DNA of 64,000 bases from positions 960,001-1,024,000 of the forward strand of contig CBDCDA010000002.1 of assembly GCA_965215335.1 (NCBI GenBank). Direction: 5' to 3'. Shown here one piece after another: positions 58,094 through 64,000 of the stretch. Each line of letters begins with the position of its first letter. The first letter of the stretch is position 1. The position numbers and the translations under genes are program-made. Source of the stretch: an uncultured Candidatus Entotheonella sp. Its GTDB lineage: Bacteria > Tectomicrobia > Entotheonellia > Entotheonellales > Entotheonellaceae. The notes beneath the pieces were generated by a model. It was not told the origin of the DNA. It was given only the letters and a program-made list of their open reading frames with translations, and did not search any database.

Positions 58094-60604
58094 TTACTGG
58101 GTTACTTCGGCAGAGACCCTGATCTGATCGGCCACTTCGGCGTATAAGTCTACATTGCTTTCGGGTGCCCTGATACTGACGATCAACGCGTACCGCGCAG
58201 CTTGGTTGTATCGTTCAAGCACGGTGCGTGTCTTCCACCAGCCCAACGAGGGATAGACTGCGATATACCCCCGGCTTGCCAGTTCGGCAGCACTGCCTCG
58301 CCAAATATCTCCATGCAACGAGCCCCTGTGGCGCCCTTGTTTTCCGATCAGCCACAGAGGATCATCACCACTCCGGCGAGTCCCCTCTTCTTCATCCCGT
58401 GCGGCTGAGTTGATCCGGTTCCGAAAGTTGTCGATGGATTCGAGTGGCCGTTTGACGTCGAAACGGAGACCATGAGATTCGTAGCGATAACGCGAACGCC
58501 CCCGTCGCGACGGGTTGGGCTCAATGAAATAGGACAGCGTTACCCGCATTTCAACCTGCGTTTCTCCCATATCTTCCAGAACGTCTCGCGGCCATGGCAG
58601 GCTGTGGAGGTGCATGTCGCGCAGGGTGGGTTGCTTACCGGCCTCTCGCTTGAAAGGATGCAGACTTTCCTGAATGACCATGGTCAGGGAGTCCGCCACG
58701 CTCCAAAGCGCACGGTCGAGATTCGGTACGCCGAATCCACATCGCCGAATCATGCGCTGGTAGTCCTGCTTCGACGGATTCCCAGTGCGCGGCAGGAACG
58801 AACGCTTCATTGTGCCGGTCCATTCCGCCGAGTGGACGATCAGAGCGCGAATCGTCTCTGGCCACAAATCTCGGTATTCGGCCATGATCTGGGCCGCCAT
58901 TCGCGAGGCAAGCGCGGTCGCTGCGCTTGTAGCATTGGCCGTCGTGAAGAGCCGGTCTGCCGGCCGATGGTGTGTTGTCAGCAGGCTCAGACTGGGCATC
59001 CAAACCGCGCTTAAGGAATCCTTCGCAGCGTTACCCCCTTCAAGTACTACGTCAGGTTTGAGCGGCCAGTGTCGTGGCCAAATCAGGGAGGTTGTACTGA
59101 AGGGGCTCAAGCCGCCTTTGGGGGCTATCGGTGTGTAGCCGCTTGCATCGGCCTCAGTGATCTGCACCAACTCTGTGTATGCCCCAACGGTGAGCGCGTT
59201 CCAGGCTTGCGCGGGATCATGCACACTGTCGGTGTCGTTGCTGTCAGGGTATCTGGACCATGCGTTGTTGTCGTTGATATTTCCGGCGGATACGACCAGC
59301 AGGCGCGGGTTGCCTCCATCTCCGTTTGTATCGGCGGCCAAGGAATCAATCGCGGCTGACCACGCCGACGGCTGTCCTCGGTCGCGATTGTCACGGGCTG
59401 TGACAGTCATCCCGAAAACTCTGGACCGGGATGGCGCGGTGATCTCGGGACGCGCTACCGCCTCTTTCGTCAGATATCCATGGTGAAGGGGGTCTGATCC
59501 CGTTGCTCCATCGCAGGGCAGCAGCTTCACGGATTCGAGACGATGGTTGATCTCCAGGAAGTTGCTGCCTGCAAGGAGCGGTGTCAGGTCTCCGGCAAGA
59601 GCCAGCCCTGCCATTCGCGTTCCGTGACCATTGGTATCGTCAGTCCCCCATCCAGGTTCAACGGTATGCAGATCATTGGCCGCAAGTGCGAGGCCAAGCA
59701 GCTGGTGGCCGCGATTGACGCCCGTATCCAGCAGACAGACAGAGGGGATTCCTTCCCCGTCGCGCGTGTATCGGGTTCGACCCAGCAGGTCTTCGAGCCA
59801 TTCGTGTTGTTCATCCGCTCTCATGGAATCGAAGAAGTCGGCGGTCTCCTTTGCACGCCGCAATTCAGCAATGGTGTTGAGCGTGACCATGGAGCGTTGC
59901 ATCTGATCGACCGATGCAAAAGTCAACAACACCGTACGCTCCAGGAAAGCCACCTCGCCGGGAGCCACGCGCATTCCTTGTGCCTCGGCACGCTCTCGGA
60001 AAGCGTTCGTGGTGGCGTCGCGGTTGCCCCGAATGGGTAACCACACTTCCCACCAGAATGGTTCTTCATCGGCGGCTGGGAAGATCTCCTCAGAATCGGT
60101 CCAGAGCGCTCGAAGGCTGGCTACTCGAATCCGCTCGATCGCGTCAATCAGCTTCCTGTTATCGCGGGCGCGGCCGGCGCGGTCTCGCTTCTCTGCCAAA
60201 TAATCGCGTATGAGGCTCTCGAAATGATCGAGCTTGCCATCAGGTACAAAGACGGTGGCCCAGGTTCGGTCGCCCTCCTCCTCACGGACATTCAGTAATT
60301 CGATCCCCGAGCGCTCTCGAGCCAAACTCTCGAATGCCATTTCAACCTCGGGGAAACCCTCGAACTCAATCTGAAGCCCTAGACCTTCTTCTTGGATTCC
60401 TACCGCCTGCTGGGCTCTTCGGGCAGTATCCGCCTCAGCTCGAACTTCGCTGAGTTGATGTTGCAGTTCTGCGCCATGCCGGGATCTATCCTGTTCCGGG
60501 ATATGTGGGCGCCCCCCGCCTTGCTGCGGAGAACGATACGCCTCCGTTCCGGTGATACTTCTGAGGACGAAATGTCGATATCGTCCTTCAATTCCCTCTG
60601 CCAT
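58094..60604 (-). CDS. S8 subtilase-family protease (IetS-like)
   Basis: Motifs LLDTG, HGTRMAG, SAGN, KPDV and ATSAA. Confidence 0.9.
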   Translation of the reverse strand: MAEGIEGRYRHFVLRSITGTEAYRSPQQGGGRPHIPEQDRSRHGAELQHQLSEVRAEADTARRAQQAVGIQEEGLGLQIEFEGFPEVEMAFESLARERSGIELLNVREEEGDRTWATVFVPDGKLDHFESLIRDYLAEKRDRAGRARDNRKLIDAIERIRVASLRALWTDSEEIFPAADEEPFWWEVWLPIRGNRDATTNAFRERAEAQGMRVAPGEVAFLERTVLLTFASVDQMQRSMVTLNTIAELRRAKETADFFDSMRADEQHEWLEDLLGRTRYTRDGEGIPSVCLLDTGVNRGHQLLGLALAANDLHTVEPGWGTDDTNGHGTRMAGLALAGDLTPLLAGSNFLEINHRLESVKLLPCDGATGSDPLHHGYLTKEAVARPEITAPSRSRVFGMTVTARDNRDRGQPSAWSAAIDSLAADTNGDGGNPRLLVVSAGNINDNNAWSRYPDSNDTDSVHDPAQAWNALTVGAYTELVQITEADASGYTPIAPKGGLSPFSTTSLIWPRHWPLKPDVVLEGGNAAKDSLSAVWMPSLSLLTTHHRPADRLFTTANATSAATALASRMAAQIMAEYRDLWPETIRALIVHSAEWTGTMKRSFLPRTGNPSKQDYQRMIRRCGFGVPNLDRALWSVADSLTMVIQESLHPFKREAGKQPTLRDMHLHSLPWPRDVLEDMGETQVEMRVTLSYFIEPNPSRRGRSRYRYESHGLRFDVKRPLESIDNFRNRINSAARDEEEGTRRSGDDPLWLIGKQGRHRGSLHGDIWRGSAAELASRGYIAVYPSLGWWKTRTVLERYNQAARYALIVSIRAPESNVDLYAEVADQIRVSAEVTQ

Positions 60605-60625
60605 GTCGAAGCTGTGCGCCTCCCT

Positions 60626-61615
60626 CTACGCTTTGTTTTCGTCCAACCTGTTGAAGATGTTCTTGCGTTCGTCAAGCATGGTCTTGATGTCCGATTCACG
60701 AATCTGGGTGCATTGTCGGATCAGCGCATCTTTCAAAACGTCGTTTGCAGCGCGTGTGACCTCCGCGTGGTTCAATCCTGCGGCCCAATCGGCGAGAGCC
60801 TGCCACCGAACTCGCTTTGCAGCGGTTCCGGCGAGGCGCGTCTTCAGCAGTTTTGCGATCTGCGACTTGTCCGGCAGGTTGTAGGGCAGAACATCGTCGA
60901 AGCGTCGGTACAGGGCGGGATCAAGAATCTCGGCATGATTGGTGGCTGCGACAATGAGGCCGTGCGAACGGTCCTGCTCAATCATTTTCAGGAAGCTGTT
61001 CAGAACGCGGCGGATTTCGCCCACGTCGTTCGTAAGCCCGCGTTGCGATCCGATCGCGTCGAATTCATCAAAGAAATAGACACCGCGGGTCCGGCTCGTG
61101 GCGTCAAATATCTGCCTCAGCTTGGCCGCGGTTTCTCCCATATATTTCGTAATGAGCCCGTCAAGCTGGACTTGCAGGAGGGGAAGACCCAGTTCGCCGG
61201 CCAGTACGGAGGCCGTCAGGGTCTTCCCTGTACCGGGGGGGCCTATCAGCAGGAGCTTCCGCCGGGGCGAGAGACCGTGCTCCATGATTCGGCCAGCGTG
61301 GCGCTGCTCCCGCATGACGCGCCGAAGCTGTTCCTCAAGGGTATCGCCAAGAATGATATCTCCCAGGCGGGTCTTCGGGTATGACACTTCCAGCAAGCCT
61401 GCCAATTCGCCCCGCGGGCGATTGATCGGCACAGGTGCCACCGTGCTACGTTGACTCTTCGCGTTGTCAATCAGAGCGCGCAAGTCTTCCGCCAGTTTGC
61501 CGTGGCCGAGTTTGGCTTCGTGGGCGGCGACCTGCATAGCGACGGAATAGAAGCGGTCGTCGTCGCCTTCAATGTGCGAAGTCAAGAGAGCTTTGAGTTG
61601 ATCAGCGCTAGCCAT
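60626..61615 (-). CDS. AAA+ ATPase (IetA-like)
   Basis: Motifs GPPGTGKT, FFDEFD, AATN and LDPALYRRFD; directly upstream of the S8 gene. Confidence 0.92.
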   Translation of the reverse strand: MASADQLKALLTSHIEGDDDRFYSVAMQVAAHEAKLGHGKLAEDLRALIDNAKSQRSTVAPVPINRPRGELAGLLEVSYPKTRLGDIILGDTLEEQLRRVMREQRHAGRIMEHGLSPRRKLLLIGPPGTGKTLTASVLAGELGLPLLQVQLDGLITKYMGETAAKLRQIFDATSRTRGVYFFDEFDAIGSQRGLTNDVGEIRRVLNSFLKMIEQDRSHGLIVAATNHAEILDPALYRRFDDVLPYNLPDKSQIAKLLKTRLAGTAAKRVRWQALADWAAGLNHAEVTRAANDVLKDALIRQCTQIRESDIKTMLDERKNIFNRLDENKA

Positions 61616-61642
61616 TGTGGTCTCACTCCTCGGCAAACACGA

Positions 61643-64000
61643 TCAGACCCGAAACACCTTCATCACCTCGTCCCCCAAATGGTTGATGACCTTCACGGCG
61701 ATACGCCCGGATGCAGGCTTGCGAAACGGTCGCGACGTGTCGCTGTGCAGCGTCGCCCAGGCGTCTTCGTCGATTTCGGCTTTCAGGGTGGTCTTGAGCG
61801 CCTTGTACGGATCGTTGGCGCCGAGAAAGTAGGCGTGGCGGACGAAGAAGCTCTCCTCGTCGTAGTCGGTGTCCACGAACCAGCAGGCGATGCCGTCGGC
61901 GTCGTCGCTGCGGATTTCGCCGGTGGCGGGGTGGAACACGTCCACGCCGTTGATCTTGACTCGCATGCAGCCGTCTCCGGTCTCCCGGACGTCGATGTCC
62001 GGCTCGCCGAAGACGACGAACAGGTTGCCCTTGCCGGTGTTCTTGAGGTCGCCGGCCATGTGCAGGTCGGCGTTCATGCGCGCCTTGAGGACGGGGACGC
62101 GGCCGAGCTTGTTGAACTCCGAGGCGTGCGCGTCGTAGTTGAAGGCGCAGGCGACCAGCGCGTCGAAGCCGGCGTCGGCGGCCTCGCGCACCGCTGTCAC
62201 GAGGTCGGGGCGGGAGACGGTGCCGAACTCCGGGCCGATGAAGATTCCGGCGCGTTTCTCCGCGCCGGAATCGGTGTCACCTTCACTATAGGTTCCCTCG
62301 GCGCAGACGAGATTGCCTGGCCAGGGCGTGAGCGAGGCGAACGCGATGCGGTCCTGCTTGTGCGCCTGCTGGACGCCGGAGGTTTCGAGGTGCTTCAGGA
62401 TCATGCCGGCGAAGTCCTGCCTGTCGCCGTAGCCGAGCTTTCCTTCGGCGACGTTGTCGATGAGATCGTCGTTCTCGTCCACTCCCAGCAGGCGGTGCGG
62501 CGACAGGCTGTCGACGGTGAACGGCCCGGCGACGCGGACCTTCTTGCTGTCCTCGCAGGGCTTGTCGTAGAGGTACTCGTAGTCCGCCCTGGCGGCGATG
62601 GAGGCGTCGATTTCCTTCTGCCGGTCGATGCGCTGTTTCCACCAATCGGCGTGCAGCTTGCGGCCCGCCTCGGGCCAGGCGCCGGCTTCGCGGGGGATTT
62701 CCCACTCTTCCCAGGCCGTTCCGAGCGCGCCGTTCAGTTGCTCGCGCAGTGGTTCCAGCGTCTCCTGGAACTTCTCCCAGATGACGTCGATCTCGGCGTT
62801 GTTGGCGATGGACTTGAGGGTGACGTGCGGCACGCGCTGGTACACGAATCCCTGGCGGAGGTCGTTGTGGGTGGGCGCGTCGGCGGGCGCCTTGCGGGTG
62901 ATTTCGGCTTCTTTCAGTTGCCCGTCGCGGCTGTCGGCGAGCAGATACCAGGGATAGCGGGCGCCCATGATGCGGGCGCGGGCCAAGGCGAGGGCGACAC
63001 GGGAGGTGTCGATGGTGATCCAGCGGCGGCCCCACTGCTCGGCGACGTAGGCGGTGGTGCCGGAGCCACAGGTGGGGTCGAGGACGAGGTCGCCGGGGTC
63101 GGTGGTCATGAGGAGGCAGCGTTGGATGACTTTCGACAGCGTCTGCACAACATAGACCTTGTCCTCTGCAAACCCGCTTATGGCTGTGTCGAGCCACGCC
63201 GAACCAACAGGAAAGTATGGAGAATCATTGAAGTACCGAACATATCGGGGTGTCTCGCCTATCCTAATGACACGCCCTGCTTTTTTTAATCTTTCGACTC
63301 CAGCCGCATTGGACTTCCAGCCGCCCTTACGAGGCGAACGAATGGTGAATCCATTTACTGAGAAGTCAAAGACGGTCGTTTCGCTTGCTGTCTGAGATGT
63401 AAAATTGTCGTGCGAGAAAAGACGGTAATCCTGCAAATCCAAATTGTTGGCGTCAGCTTCTTTGAAGTGTCCAGCATTGTTCATGAGAAATCGATACTGT
63501 TTCGCACCAACTTCACCGGGGACCCGCATCAGGTAAGGACGACGAAATTTGGCGGAGTCGCGGCTCTTCGCATACCACAACAGGTAATCAAATGTTTCGT
63601 CCAGGTATTTCCCGCCGAGTCCGGCCGTCTTGGAAAACTTGATCGTTACCACGAAATTCCTCTCCCCGAACACCTCATCCATCAGCGCCCGCACCCGGTG
63701 CACGTTCTCATCCCCGATCTGCACGAAGATGCTGCCGCTTTCCGCCAGCAAGTCCCGCGCTACCGTCAGCCGATCCCGCAGGTACGTCAGGTACGAGTGA
63801 ATCCCGTCCCGCCACGTATCCCGGAACGCCTTCACCTGCTCCGGTTCGCGGGTGACGTGGGCGGCGTTGCCGTCCTTCACGGCGCGGCTGGTGGTGGACC
63901 ACTGGAAGTTGGAGTTGAACCTGATGCCGTAGGGCGGGTCGAGGTAGATGCACTGCACCTGGCCGCGCAGCCCCTCGCGCTCGGCCAGCGACGCCATCAC
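61643..64000 (-). CDS. mod: Type III RM methyltransferase, copy 2 (5' end outside the window)
   Basis: Reverse complement of about 15743-18096 with only a few differences near the 3' end. Confidence 0.92.
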   Translation of the reverse strand: MMASLAEREGLRGQVQCIYLDPPYGIRFNSNFQWSTTSRAVKDGNAAHVTREPEQVKAFRDTWRDGIHSYLTYLRDRLTVARDLLAESGSIFVQIGDENVHRVRALMDEVFGERNFVVTIKFSKTAGLGGKYLDETFDYLLWYAKSRDSAKFRRPYLMRVPGEVGAKQYRFLMNNAGHFKEADANNLDLQDYRLFSHDNFTSQTASETTVFDFSVNGFTIRSPRKGGWKSNAAGVERLKKAGRVIRIGETPRYVRYFNDSPYFPVGSAWLDTAISGFAEDKVYVVQTLSKVIQRCLLMTTDPGDLVLDPTCGSGTTAYVAEQWGRRWITIDTSRVALALARARIMGARYPWYLLADSRDGQLKEAEITRKAPADAPTHNDLRQGFVYQRVPHVTLKSIANNAEIDVIWEKFQETLEPLREQLNGALGTAWEEWEIPREAGAWPEAGRKLHADWWKQRIDRQKEIDASIAARADYEYLYDKPCEDSKKVRVAGPFTVDSLSPHRLLGVDENDDLIDNVAEGKLGYGDRQDFAGMILKHLETSGVQQAHKQDRIAFASLTPWPGNLVCAEGTYSEGDTDSGAEKRAGIFIGPEFGTVSRPDLVTAVREAADAGFDALVACAFNYDAHASEFNKLGRVPVLKARMNADLHMAGDLKNTGKGNLFVVFGEPDIDVRETGDGCMRVKINGVDVFHPATGEIRSDDADGIACWFVDTDYDEESFFVRHAYFLGANDPYKALKTTLKAEIDEDAWATLHSDTSRPFRKPASGRIAVKVINHLGDEVMKVFRV

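Larger units (their letters stand above)
2993..64000. mobile_element. Genomic island (decayed ICE/defence island) at the ssrA 3' end; right boundary lies outside the window
   Basis: Abrupt switch from housekeeping genes to mobile, defence and IS content directly after ssrA, a common integration site; no attR copy of the ssrA end seen. Confidence 0.8.

Overview
A high-GC bacterial window. Bases 1-2992 are host backbone: an SMP-30/gluconolactonase, an HpcH-type aldolase, smpB and the tmRNA ssrA (tag peptide ANDYEVALAA). A large, partly decayed integrative element or defence island begins right after ssrA and runs past the end of the window. Its left arm (about 3-12 kb) resembles an ICE or plasmid leading region: a truncated primase, a tyrosine recombinase, a beta-clamp homologue, ArdC, a SWIM/Rad52-like annealing protein and SSB. 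The remainder is a dense defence cluster. It holds type III RM (two near-identical inverted mod genes, res broken), a type I RM operon carrying cargo (DarTG, ThsB-like TIR, DUF433/DUF5615, a DUF1828 pair, Fic), a fused BsuBI/PstI-like RM gene, DUF5131-TcmP, XamI-like RM, an SF2 helicase, an OLD-like ATPase, a Dsr1-like sirtuin, IetAS and several PIN toxin-antitoxin pairs. IS5 and IS630 elements have inserted at several (C)TAG sites. The most novel signal is at about 5.0-9.7 kb. A catalytically complete tyrosine recombinase is preceded by a roughly 230-nt multi-hairpin RNA-like leader with UUCG and UACG tetraloops. Next comes a cluster of hairpins sharing a TGGAC loop, then an array of genes each headed by a conserved, covarying ~80-87-nt double-hairpin repeat that masks the ribosome-binding site. 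All family assignments come from motif recognition by eye; no searches or folding programs were run.
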